This document shows, piece by piece, positions 52,059-64,000 of a stretch of 64,000 bases of DNA. The stretch lies in the NCBI RefSeq assembly GCF_006345805.1, contig NC_043018.1, forward strand, positions 18,910,001 to 18,974,000, written 5' to 3'. This stretch comes from Octopus sinensis (taxonomy: Eukaryota). The notes under the pieces are model-generated. The model did no database searches, was not told where the DNA came from, and worked only from the letters and a program-made list of their open reading frames with translations. The stretch's first letter is position 1; each line of letters starts with the position of its first letter. Both the position numbers and the translations under genes were made by a program.

Positions 52059-52155
52059 CTGTTTCGGCTTTTAAAGATCCATCTACACGGCTACACCAAA
52101 GGAAATGATTTCCATCCACGATTATAAAATGATTATCGCTCTGGTAAACTTCCAT
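52059..52155 (-). CDS. INPP5F: Phosphatidylinositide phosphatase SAC2 (INPP5F)-like, coding exon 1
   Basis: MEVYQSDNHFIIVDGNHFLWCSRVDGSLKAET+G|gtgtgt (97 nt, phase 1). It aligns by eye to human INPP5F MELFQAKDHYILQQGERALWCSRRDGGLQLRP. Downstream exons were not found. Confidence 0.85.
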
Positions 52156-52931
52156 GATAGTTGTAATCACAATAATAGTAATTCACACTCTATCTCTGTG
52201 TATATATATATATATATATAAACAATAACAACAACGGCCTCAACTGTCAGTCGGCAAGCAAAGGATGTTGACTAGCTGTAGAGACGGTGTGTATATAGTT
52301 TTGATAAAAAGAGAGAGATACACTAAGCGATCAGTGATGACATCTTTCACTTTCTCTCTCTATCAGATTCTACTTTCTCTATTGACACACCTTCTCTCTC
52401 ATTCCCGCACTTTCTCCTCACACTAAAGAGTTCGCTTCCGTTTATTTTTCTACTACTACGTCCGACAACAAACACCAACCGATCTATTACTACATCGCTT
52501 CTATTCCTACCACTAACACCCTGTTACTTACTATACTACGACTTCCACCTGCAGACTATTACTCTATCAAAATTCTCATCATCGCCATTCTATTTTTATA
52601 TAATTACTCCCCCTCTATCACCCTCCCTCTTCTTATTACTCTTTCACTTTCACCTCACACTCACCCCTCACGCTCCTCTATTACTATATCTGTACTCCTA
52701 CCCTGACTATCTCACTGCTCCCACCGTTACCACTCCTCCCCATCCTCCTACCACCTCTATATCATGTTACCACAACAAAAATGGCTACCCAATGTCTTAT
52801 GTCGCTTTTGTCGGATTCTCCTGTTATCTTTCATCTAATCCGCCACCATCTTCTATAAAAACCGCTTCGATCTCATCGGGTTTTTATTCCATTGACATCA
52901 TTAGAAATCCAACTAATTTTCAATTATAATT
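52156..52931. promoter_or_regulatory. Putative bidirectional promoter and 5' UTRs of INPP5F-like (-) and POLR2B (+)
   Basis: 776 bp lie between divergent ATGs, with no recognisable SINE. It contains a YY1-like AAAATGGC (52778-52785), an ETS-like GCTTCCG (~52434-52440) and a pyrimidine-rich tract. Confidence 0.7.
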
Positions 52932-52950
52932 ATGTACGGACAGGAAGAAG
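52932..52950 (+). CDS. POLR2B: RNA polymerase II second-largest subunit, coding exon 1 (MYGQEE-G, phase 1)
   Basis: ATG TAC GGA CAG GAA GAA G|gtaatg. It splices in frame to exon 2 to give [24 protein letters not shown], which parallels the vertebrate RPB2 N-terminus MYDADED...EITPDLWQ. The exon is only 19 nt, so support comes from phase and similarity. Confidence 0.8.
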
Positions 52951-54386
52951 GTAATGTTTCCATTTTGTGTTGATGTTTCAAATGATTTCCAACATCATTG
53001 TTTCATAATTAATAATCATAAAATCGCGAAAACTTCTCCATTGTAGTTTTCCTATTTTCACATAATTTCAACATTAATTTCTCCTTTGTTCTTTTATTAA
53101 AATTTCTAAAAAAAAAAAAAAAGATCCACGAAATTTCGCCGTGTTTACAATAAACCCACATATCCAAAATAGAGAGTGAGCCGCAGAAGCAATTCCTCAA
53201 ACCAGGGAACATATTCGAAACATATATATGCATGTAGGGATGCAGTGGTGTTCATGCATGTCTCAAAGACAATATTAATTAAAGCAGTTGCTTATACAAA
53301 TGAATCTTGGATGAGAAAATTTCGGTTTGAGTGTAATTAGTGCCAAGATTTATTTAATTAGCATCAACAATTCACCCCACCCCCCTTTTTTTGTTTTTTC
53401 ATTAGCAAAAAAGGAGTTTAGCATTTAAATTAGTGCATGAGAAGAGCTGTGATCTTCATGCCTTTCCATAAAATAAGAACCCCTTGAATAGAGGAACAGG
53501 GTTTGGCGAACAATAGAGACAGGTGCTTGTTTTCTTTTGGTCTTTTCTGGTGGGAGTTTGGTAAATTGGTTTTTGTGGGTGTCCCCCTTTTCTAAGCTCC
53601 TGGTTCTTTTCTCGATGGTTTTTTTATGTTTATAATAAAAAGATTTAAAGATTATGATAAACCATACGTTGAAATATAAGAGAAAAAACATCGAATGAAG
53701 GTGTACTACACAATATATTATTTTAGCAATGTTGTCAGAAATACCAATTGTCAAGATAACAAGGAATCTCTTGGACAAAAACCTTTCATGATAGTTTCAG
53801 GTGGTGTAGATTCCGATTATACCTTAATTTGGTGTGAACATTTTTTTTCTGGGGCTGGGGAGAGGAGTATCGGGTAATTCACACGAGTTGACTTTGTTTC
53901 CTCATAACTTTTAGAAAAGGGAGTAATATATTTGGTAGTGAAATTTTCTTTCAATTATAGTTATATCGAAATTTAGGCGATCCTTCGGTATAGGTACTGT
54001 ATGTACTGGAAATGGTTTTTGTTTACATTTCTGAAGATAACAGAAACCCTTTTCTCCCACCCCTAACCCTAACCCCCCATATATATAATAAAAAAAAACA
54101 CTTTCTTGAAATGTATCCAGTACCTATACCGAAGTTACGCCCGAAATTTAATATATAAAAAAAAGAAATTGATAGACGCGCACAGATATACATATCCACA
54201 AAATGAAACTTGAAATTCTGAAGAAAAAAATTACCCAACGTGTATACAACTACTTCGTGTGTGTGTGTGTATATATAAAATTCCGATATGATCTTAATCT
54301 ACGCCGTCTGAAAGGTGTTTATAGAAAATTTCATGAAGAAATATCTATATTTGTGAAAATTGTGAGGAAACGGTCAGGAGAGATGT

Positions 54387-54669
54387 GTATATACGCAGTT
54401 ATGTCCGTAATATTTATTAGCAATATTGTCGCAAATACCAACGTTTAGATAACGACGAATATTTCGTATATGGCTAGAATTCTTGAAGAAGAAGAATAAC
54501 TGAAGCTAAATAAATAGATTTGCTTTAGAGTTTGTTTTTTTTTTATCTATTTAGCTTCAGTTCTTCTTCTTCAAGAATTCTAGCCATATACGAAATATTC
54601 GTCGTTATCTAAACGTTGGTATTTGCGACAATATTGCTAATAATATTACAGACACAACTACGTATATAC
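54387..54669. repeat. Long near-perfect inverted repeat in POLR2B intron 1
   Basis: Arms 54387-54519 and 54545-54669, with ~80 bp perfectly complementary. Confidence 0.95.
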
Positions 54670-55094
54670 GTGAGTTCAAATTCCGCCGAGGTCGACTTTG
54701 CTTTTCATCCTTTCGGGGTCGATAAATTAAGTACCAGTTATGCACTGGGGTCGATATAATCGACTTAATTTGCTTCAGAGTTTTTTTTTTTTATCTATTT
54801 ATTTTAGTCGTCACTTATGGTATATAAATAGAAGAGAATGCCAGAGAAATATTAATGGTAACAAGAGCCGGTTTCAAAGCATTGGTGCTTGTTATTATAA
54901 CGTTCATTTTATCTCTTATTGGAAAATGGCAAAGTGTCATGCAGTATTTCGTTACTTAGGTTCCGACCAACCTCTCCACAAAATCCACCAGACTTTACAC
55001 TGATACTCCATCAGTTATGACAATTGTTCCAGTAGCTCCGATCAGCGGAACAGCCTGCACGTGAAATTAACGTGCAAGTGGCTGAGCACTCCGC

Positions 55095-55563
55095 AGACGT
55101 GTGTCTTCATCATCATGGAGTGGAAGCACAAACGATGTGTACCCTAAAACATAAATTACAAGAAAGAATCAAAAGGTGAATTCTTTAAGCTGAGCCAGTT
55201 GGCAGGAGACACACGGACAGACCAAGAACCACGATGGTTAAATAATAATCCACAGTTTCAGTTGGTCGTCTTTGGGAATCCAGTAGGAAAGTCTAATGAA
55301 TGCTGCTTCCGGTTAGACCCAAGGGGGGAGGTCATCATCATTGTTTGACCGTGGTCGAGACAATGGAATTTACCACGCTACGCCAGACTTTACCGGTCCA
55401 TCATAGCATTACGGAGGTCCTGTTGCTGGATGCCTGTATCCCTGGAGATTACATCAGGGTAGGAGAGTGTGCGCCCTCTGGTATCGTGAGTAGATGGCTT
55501 CCAGAGGAGAAGAGTAGAAATTGCCTCGTTTTCAGCTCTACAACAATGTCCAGCAAACTGACC
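55095..55563 (-). mobile_element. RTE-type LINE 3' end with extended UTR, nested in a SINE
   Basis: Matches 19485-19935 and ends in (TGA)n at ~55100. Confidence 0.9.
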
Positions 55564-55611
55564 TAATGTGGCTAAGACTGGCCCCTTTGAATTACAGGTA
55601 CTGCTCACAGA

Positions 55612-55838
55612 GGCGAGCTGGCAGAATTGTTAGCACGCCGGGCGAAATGCGTAGCCGTATTTCGTGTGTCGTTACATTCTGAGTTCAAATTCCGCCGAGG
55701 TCGACTTTGCTTTTCATCCTTTCGGGGTAGATAAATTAAGTACCAGTTACGCACTGGGGTCGATATAATCAACTTAATACCTATGTCTGTCCTTGTTTGT
55801 CCCCTCTATGTTTAGCCCCTTGTGGGTAATAAAGAAAT
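55612..55838 (+). mobile_element. Full-length family B SINE with 17-bp TSD
   Basis: TSD AGGTACTGCTCACAGAG at 55596-55612 and 55839-55855. Confidence 0.93.
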
Positions 55839-57337
55839 AGGTACTGCTCACAGAGTGGACTGGAGCAATGTGAAATAAAGTGTCTTGCTCAAGGTCACAA
55901 TGCATCACGGGATATCGAACTCATGACCGTACGATCGTTAGCCGAGAACCCTAACCACTAAGCCACACCGTGTTTCAAACAGTGGTGTGCTTTTTCTATG
56001 TAAATATCAGTCTGATACGTTGTGGAAGAAGGAAAAAAAAATAAGAACCCATAGATGTTGTTTTTGACATGTGACTGAACTGTGTCCCTTGTTTTAAACC
56101 ATTTCCTTATGCATTATAGATTCGTTCTTCACACGTTTATGACCATTCTTAGTTTATCTTATGTCCGTTGTCCAGAAATCTATCATCACACGTCTGTGAC
56201 CTCTTCAGCAATCCTTTCCCTTCACATGTGTCCTTTTGCTTTGCTTAATCACTATCATACAAGTGGTATTATTCTTTTGCAATCTTCTGTGAAAACATGT
56301 TCGGCCATTGAGCTGTTCATGTTTGAAGGACTTGGAGAAATGTGACCTTTCTTGGAGACAGTTAAGAGCTGGGGATTGGAAGGGCATCTTTCTATATGAA
56401 ATTTTCCTCATTAATTTACATCTGACCCATGGAAAAATGGACGTTAAAATTATGATGCATGTATACGACATCAAATTGCTTTTATTATTTCCTTCATGTG
56501 CCTTACTATACTATATACAGCTTGACAAAGACAAAAATAAATAACATCAGTTTAACCTTTTATTCATTATTCCTATTTTTAGACTCTCTTAAACATATTC
56601 CTTAAAAAAATCCAACAGAATCATCATCATCACCAGTTAATGTTCGCTTCTGTGCTGGCCGGGTTTGGATGGAGAGCTACACCGGGCTCCAGTGGTCTGT
56701 TTTGGCATGGTTTCTGCGGCTGGATGCCCTTCCTAAAGCTAACCACTTGACAGTGTACTGCATGCTTTTTATGTAGCACCAGCACGGGCACATTTTGCAT
56801 GGTGCCAGCACAGGTGTTTTTTAAGTGCCGCCCACACAGGTGCTTTTTTATATTGCCAGGTTTTAATCTAACCGTTGGCATGTACAAAAGTCTTAGTGAA
56901 AAACAATTAACATTCTGATGTAACATAACACTGTTAATTGATTAATTTTGTAGTGATTTAGTGGCTAGACAGTTGATATATATATATTTATATGTATAGC
57001 CTCGCCTCCCCCGTGCCGGTGGCACGTAAAAAGCACTATCCGATCGTGGCCATTGCCAGCCTCATCTGGCATGTAAAAACCACCATTCGGCAGTGGCCGT
57101 TTGCCAGCCCTGTCTGGCACCTGTGTCGGTGGCACGTAAAAAGCACCCACTACACTCACGGAGTGGTTGGCGTTAGGAAGGGCATCCAGCTGTAGAAACA
57201 TTGCCAGATCAGACTGGAGCCTGGTGCAGCCTCCTGGCTTCCCAGACCCCAGTTGAACCATCCAACCCATGCTAGCATGGAAAGCAGACACTAAATGATG
57301 ATGATGATATATATATATATATATACATATACACATA

Positions 57338-57835
57338 CAGGGGTTGGACAAAATAATGGAAACACCTTAAACAAATTTATTTTAATATGTGGTAGGTCTG
57401 CCTTTGGCAGTTATTACTGCTTGAATTCTATCAGGTATGGACTCATACAAAGTTTGAATTGTTTCCAAAGGAATTTTTGTCCATTCTTCAGCTAAAACAG
57501 TCTCCAGTTCTTGTAGTGAAGATGGTGGAGGATATCGACTCCTTACTTGTTTTTCTAAAATGCACCCTAAATGTTCAGTAATATTGAGACCTGGGGACTG
57601 TGGTGGCCAGGTAAGATGTTCAACTTCACTAGAATGTGCCTCGTGCTATTCAGTAACAACTTTATCTATGTCAATTGATGCATTATCATCCTAAAGAAAT
57701 TGTGCTTCCTTCCGGAAACAGTTCTGCAACCATAGGAAACCATTGGGTCAGTGGATTTCCAAGATATAGCCCTCCAGATCATCACAGATCCTCTTCCATC
57801 TTTAACAGTTGGAAGAAGGCAGTCTGATGATTATA
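57338..57835 (-). mobile_element. Tc1-family transposon remnant (transposase C-terminus, decayed)
   Basis: TA|CAGGGGTTGGACAAAATAATGGAAACAC TIR. The minus strand encodes TVKDGRGSVMIW, DDNA, WPPQSPGLN and EEWTKIPLETIQTLYESIPDRIQAVITAKG, with stops. Confidence 0.9.
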
Positions 57836-58914
57836 TATATATATAAGTTCAGCAACAATTTAGATTCAAATGAATATGGTACTTAATTTAGATGCACCAG
57901 AATTTTGTATGGTGTTACCCATAAAAATTTGTGGGGTGATTATAATCAAAAATAAGCAACAAGAATGACTCCAGTAATTTGGTACAATTGTTGTAGTGTG
58001 AAACAATTGTACCAAATTACCGGAGTCATTCTTGTTGCTTATTTTTGATATATATATATATGCATACAAATACATTCATACAACTGGCTTCTTTCAGTTT
58101 CTGTTTACCAAATCCACTCGCAGGGCTTTGATCAGCCCAAAGCTGTTGTAAAGGACACTTACCCAAGGTGCCATGCAGTGGGACTGAACTCAGAGCCATG
58201 TGGTGGGGAAAGCAAACTTCATACCACACAGCCACACCTGTTAAATGTTGTTGTTGTTGTTATTTACTCTCAGATCAGCCCTGACCAAGCAGACCAGTGT
58301 TTTTGCTAGTCATGTTCATCTTATTTCTTGTAGATTTAAGATTAGACCATCCAGTTTCTTGTATTGTTTAAGACAATGTGATTTGAGAAAATTTGGCTGC
58401 TATTTCTACCTCCTCAAACAACCACCATAGAGAACATATAGTGGGTGGTATTAGTAGTATCATATTTCCACTTTGTAAGGTCAATGCAGTTGTTTAGATT
58501 GTTGCCAGTTGATTGAAACAGAAGGATGGTTTGAGGAAAGTGCTTAAAATGTCCTTTTGAAAATTAATCAGTACCAGTAATCCTACTGGAGGTAACATTT
58601 TAGGGATAGAAGTGCACTTTGTAGTCTAAGTAGGGGGTCTATTTCATGTTCCATAGCTTTGAAGAGATAAATACATTTTAAAAATACATTTGTGTGCATT
58701 TTATATCAACTCACACCGAAGGCTTGTACAGGAAGGATTTGAACTCTGTATTGCAAGTTAACATTATGGTACATATTAGCAGCTAATTGGACTGAACCAT
58801 GGCAAGCTCACAGAACATTTGTCAATGTTTGAGAGTTAAGTAACTTGACTTCAGTGTTGTGCTGATGATGATAACAGACCAGTCAAAAAATCTGTCGTTA
58901 CAACAATTAAATTT

Positions 58915-59067
58915 GGCTGTGTGGTAAGTAGCTTGTTTACCAACCACATGGTTCCGGGTTCAGTCCCACTGCGTGGCACCTTGGGCAAGTGTCTTCTACT
59001 ATAGCCTCGGGCCGACCAAAGCGTTGTGAGTGGATTTGGTAGACGGAAACTGAAAAGAAGCCCGTCG

Positions 59068-59099
<32 letters not shown>

Positions 59100-59315
59100 C
59101 ATGTCTGTTTGTGTGTCTGTGTTTGTCCCCCTAGCATTGCTTGACAACCGATGCTGGTGTGTTTATGTCCCCCGTAACTTAGCGGTTCGGCAAAAGAGAC
59201 CGATAGAATAAGTACTGGGCTTACAAAAGAATAAGTCCCGGGGTCGAGTTGCTCGATTAAAGGCGGTGCTCCAGCATGGCTGCAGTCAAATGACTGAAAC
59301 AAGTAAAAGAGTAAC
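58915..59315 (+). mobile_element. Family A SINE
   Basis: Head, microsatellite and tail are present. Confidence 0.9.
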
Positions 59316-59498
59316 ACCTTCAAACACTTTTCAATTTTCTTGGTATTGTCACCTTATATTCCAGATTTTATCCTCTTTATTTAACCAGCTGCATTGATCT
59401 TGATATTAAGATCATGGCTATTGAAGGGGCAGCCTTTCTGTTATTCTTTATGGTTTATGTAATTTCTGATGATTGGTAGTATGTTTTTTTTTTGGTAG

Positions 59499-59725
59499 AT
59501 CCTGTGCTGGAGGAAGAAGACGGAGAGGAAATTACCCCGGATCTGTGGCAAGAAGCTTGCTGGATCGTCATCAGTTCATACTTTGATGAAAAGGGTTTGG
59601 TGAGGCAGCAGCTGGATTCCTTCGATGAATTCATTCAGATGTCTGTACAGCGGATTGTTGAGCATTCTCCTGCCATCGATCTGCAGGCTGAGGCACAGCA
59701 TACATCAGGCATAATCGAGACACCT
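59499..59725 (+). CDS. POLR2B: RPB2 coding exon 2
   Basis: Poly-T tract then tag|AT acceptor and CCT|gtaagt donor. Encodes [61 protein letters not shown], near-identical to the RPB2 N-terminus. Confidence 0.98.
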
Positions 59726-59781
59726 GTAAGTAATAAAGACTCTTCTGTTTATGTGTGTTTGAAACAATATGTAAATTGATA

Positions 59782-60192
59782 TCTCTCTATATATAAACGG
59801 CAGTTTGTGTGTCTGTCAGGTTGTACCCTCACCCTGACCACGGCTTTCAACCGATTCTGATGAAACTTGACACACACATAGCCCAATATCATAATTCAAA
59901 ACTAACGCAGTGAAAATTTTGAAAAGTTCCCCCAGTTCTGAAAAAATCAATAAATTCGACATGGGGTCGAGAATCTAAGCTTTTTATATGCAACACATTT
60001 TTCTGTCTACGGGACACAACTCGACCTTTTTATCGCCCAAAGGGACAGCTAGGAACATCGTATACACAGAAGTATTCGAGTGAAGAGAAGACATTGCAAC
60101 CTACACATGCGCCTTCGTTCCCAAGAGGGAAAAGGACTAGATTGGGATTAGTCGTTGCCTGCTAGGGGCTCTTACATACCCGGGCCTGCTAG
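59782..60192 (+). mobile_element. Non-autonomous Helitron/HINE-like element
   Basis: Begins A|TCTCTCTATATATAAACGG with an internal (GT/CT) repeat and ends ...CCCGGGCCTGCTAG|T. Confidence 0.7.
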
Positions 60193-61680
60193 TTTAGTTA
60201 TGAAACCATCATGAGTCAAATATGTTATGTTATTCTGGCAGGTTTTAAACTCCCTCTTTCCCCATAAGATAGTATCTAAACCAGTGAATCTCAACTGGGG
60301 TCCATGAAAGATTTTTAGGGGTCCACAGTAGTAGTTTATGGATAAATGAAAAAATTTTGCTTCATCATCATCATCATCATCGTTTAACGTCCACTTTCCA
60401 TGCTGACATGGGTTAGACGATTTGACTGAGGTCTGGTGAACCACATGGCTGCACCAGGTTCCAATCTGATCTGGCAGAGTTTCTACAGCTGGATGCCCTT
60501 CCTAACGCCAACCACTCCAAGAGTGTAGTGGGTGCTTTTACATGCCACCGGCATGAGGGCCAGTCAGGCTTCTGATATATTTAATGCGAGAAACAAGTTT
60601 CTTTCTCCTGTTTTATATATTCCAGCTTACACAAATGAATTTTGAAAGAATTATTTATAAAACTAGTTTTTAAATATTGAATGGCTGTGGTGGGATCCAC
60701 AAGAATAAAATAGCAATCAAAGGAATCCCTAGATAAATGGTTGAGAACCTCTACTTTAAATTATGGGTGATGAGTCAAGCCAGTGTCCCAGTTTGAATTC
60801 TTACTTCACTGATATCACAAATTTCTTACCTTTACAAAATATGCAAGCATTAAGACGACATCTGTCTCCCAACTCCTTCGTTTTCATCAATCTTAGACTT
60901 CACTGTATTCCACTGAATTCTCTAGTTTTATATGTAAACTGATAAACGCCAACTGTTGTGTGGCTGTGAATTTACCTGCATACCTGCTTGTTCTAAGAGG
61001 CAACAGGAACATCATCCAACTGTAAAGTAAAATTATTTGACCCTGGCCCAGAAGAAGGTAAAAGCAAATTTGAGCCACTGGTCACGTTTGTCTTTGTATG
61101 TTTAAGGCCGATTCCTTATTTCGTCATTTTCCCCCTAAAAAAACTACTTCTCATGCTTTTATGACAATTAATGAAACAGTGAACAAATAGAAGTTTGACA
61201 CTTATTCAATTGGACACTTTTGCCAAACTGCTAAGTTACGGGGACATAAACAAACCAACACTAGTTGTCAAGTGGAGGACAAACACAGATGTACATATAT
61301 GACAGGCTTCCTCACTCAAAATGCTTTGGTTGACCCTGGGCGACAGTAGAAGTCACTTGCCTGAGGTGCCATGCAGATGGGTGAAATGGAATTCATTGAA
61401 GCAGATTTTCTACAACTGGACGCTCTTCCTGCCATCAACCCTCACTTGTTTCCAAGCCAGGTGAATGTTTCCCAATGGCCCAGCATATTTATCACGGAAC
61501 ACTAAACAAACATCATGCTCTTTTACAATCATCTCATGATATGAAGACAAAACTACACACAAACACACACACACACAGAGCAGCTTCTTTCAGATTTCAT
61601 TTACCAAATCCACTCCCAAATCTTTGGTTGGCCCAGGGCTATAATAGAAGCCACTTGCTCAAGGTGCTGCATGCTGGTTC

Positions 61681-61828
61681 CACCGAGGTCGACTTTGCCT
61701 TTCATCCTTTCGGGGTCGATAAATTAAGTACCAGTTACGCACTGGGGTCGATGTAATCAACTTAATACCTATGTCTGTCCTTGTTTGTCCCATCTGTGTT
61801 TAGCCCCTTGTGGGTAATAAAGAAATAG
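61681..61828 (+). mobile_element. 5'-truncated family B SINE nested in a family A-like SINE
   Basis: The tail AAAGAAATA is followed by GGTATTGAACC. Confidence 0.85.
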
Positions 61829-62157
61829 GTATTGAACCGAAGGCCACATGATTGGTAGGCAAGCTTCTGAACCACATAACTAGGCCTGGACCTATTAGAG
61901 CAAGTTACATACGAGAACCATTTCAGTCAGCTGAACCTGTTTCCTACAAGTTGTTGTATTAATTAAAAGAAATCAATATTTCTCGGTTTTGTCTGCTTCG
62001 TTATAATTAACTCCTCTCGTTCACTACATCCTTTTATATCCCTCAAACAACTTTTCTCCTTTTTTTTTTTTTTTTTACTTCAAAAATTTTATGTTCGTTT
62101 GAAGAAAGGCTTAGAATGAATGAATGATTAGACGTATTTGCTAGAATATGCTACAAA

Positions 62158-62560
62158 GGAGTGGCTGTGTGGTAAGTAGCTTGCTAACCAACCACATGGT
62201 TCCGGGTTCAGTCCTACTGCGTGGCATCTTGGACAAGTGTCTTCTGCTATAGCCCCGGGCCGACCAATGCCTTGTGAGTGGATTTGGTAGACAGAAACTG
62301 AAAGAAGCCTGTCGTATATATGTATATATATATATATATATATATGTTTGTGTGTCTGTGTTTGTCTCCCTAGCATTGCTTGACAACCGATGCTGGTGTG
62401 TTTATGTCCCCGTCACTTAGCGGTTCGGCAAAAGAGACCAATAGAATAAGTGCTGGGCTTACAAAGATTAAGTCCCGGGGTCGATTTGCTCGACTAAAGG
62501 TGGTGCTCCAGCATGGCCGCAGTCAAATGACTGAAACAAGTAAAAGAGTAAAGAGTAAAT
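62158..62560 (+). mobile_element. Family A SINE
   Basis: Head, microsatellite and tail, ending ~90 bp upstream of POLR2B exon 3. Confidence 0.9.
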
Positions 62561-62595
62561 TAATCCAAAGACCCAGTCTTTGGGTAATGTTGTAG

Positions 62596-62766
<171 letters not shown>

Positions 62767-63070
62767 TAAGTTGTTGGGGTTTATTTTATCTTTTACTGTG
62801 ATGGTAGTGATGATGATGATGATGATGATTATCATGATGGTTGGTTTTGGATGTGTGACGATGATAACTTAAATGTTTCATATTTGTTAAACAATTAATA
62901 AACATTTACAGTTAGAATGAAGAAATTGAGAAAAGCCCCTACAAAATAAAGTGGCACAGCTAAGGACCTACCCTGAACTGAACCGGGTTCCAGTTGATTT
63001 GATCAGTGGAACAGCCTGCTCGTAAAATTACCATACAAGTGGCTGAGTACTTCACAAACACATGCATACC

Positions 63071-63301
63071 CATTTCTTTGCTACCCCCAAGGGGCTAAAC
63101 ACCGAGGGGACAAACAAGGACAGACAAACGGATTAAGTCGATTATATCGACCCCTGTGCCTAACTGGTACTTATTTAATCGACCCCAAAAGGATGAAAGG
63201 CAAAGTCGACCTCGGCAGAATTTGAACTCAGAACGTAGCGGCAGACGAAATACTGCTAAGCACTTCGCCCGGCATGCTAACGTTTCTGCCAGCTTGCTGC
63301 C
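63071..63301 (-). mobile_element. Family B SINE nested in an older SINE
   Basis: It interrupts the host CATACC|TTAACGTAG (compare 1025-1045). Confidence 0.85.
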
Positions 63302-63539
63302 TTAACGTAGTTCTCAGAGGAATTCAGGTGTGACTAGGCTGGCCTTTTGGAATACAGGTACAACTCTTTTTGGAGCAATGTGAAATAAAGTGTCTTGCTC
63401 AAGGACAGTGTGCACTGCCAGGAATCAAACAGTCATGAGTCAACCACCTTAACCATTTCACCACCTCTGTTTACTGGATTTCCAGAGTGAGAGTCCTCCA
63501 TAGATTTGTCCTTTCCATAAATAAATTTCGGACAATATA

Positions 63540-63767
63540 TATTACTTTACTACCCACAAGGGGCTAAACACAGAGGCGACAAACAAGGACAGACAAAGGG
63601 ATTTAGTCGATTACATCAACCCCAGTGCGTAAATGGTACTTAATTTATCGACCCCGAAAGGATGAAAGGCAAAGTCGACCTCGGCGGAATTTGAACTCAG
63701 AACATAACGACAGACGAAATACGACTACGCATTTCGCCCGGCGTGCTAACGTTTCTGCCAGCTCGCC
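63540..63767 (-). mobile_element. Family B SINE with 14-bp TSD
   Basis: TSD TTTCGGACAATATA at 63526-63539 and 63768-63781. Confidence 0.92.
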
Positions 63768-64000
63768 TTTCGGACAATATAGCCTAACAGAAATCATTTC
63801 TCTCCCATTCCAGTCCAGAGAATTAGATTTAATATTACAAATTAATAAAACACTTGATTATGGGTAGTTCCACAAATTTCGGAATACTGACCGTAAAATA
63901 GTCCTGGTCAGTTGGAATATAATTTTAAGTCGTCCTGGGATGGCATCTGCTTCACTAAATTACTTCAGGGTTAAATTCTCTCACTACACATTATATGACA

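Noticed and set aside
53246-53270. CATGCATGTCTCAAAGA resembling 18S rRNA 5' motifs
   Set aside because: Only two short overlapping word matches, with no extended similarity.

Overview
This is AT-rich, repeat-dense eukaryotic DNA. It is most likely from an octopus (coleoid cephalopod); I infer this from the SINE/RTE families and microsatellite density, not from a database search. Two genes sit head-to-head near 52-53 kb. POLR2B/RPB2 (+) has three exons in the window (52932-52950, 59499-59725, 62653-62765) and continues beyond it. An INPP5F/SAC2-like gene (-) has its first coding exon at 52059-52155, and I could not find its second exon anywhere in the 52 kb downstream. The rest is SINEs, RTE-type LINE fragments, Tc1, TTAA (piggyBac-type) MITEs, non-autonomous Helitrons, fold-back elements and mini/microsatellites. 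Most listed ORFs are repeat artefacts. The most interesting unannotated signal is a set of minimal hammerhead-ribozyme motifs in several repeat families. One is a tRNA-headed (Pol III A/B box) element with a hammerhead about 200 nt downstream and a head-to-head inverted copy (13.1-13.5 kb). Another is a near-intact hammerhead at 25242-25279. Other notable features are a SINE that forms head-to-tail multimers and repeatedly lands at GGTA, a long near-perfect hairpin in POLR2B intron 1, a recombinant MITE array and a perfect RFX X-box. All ribozyme calls are by eye and need folding and cleavage tests.
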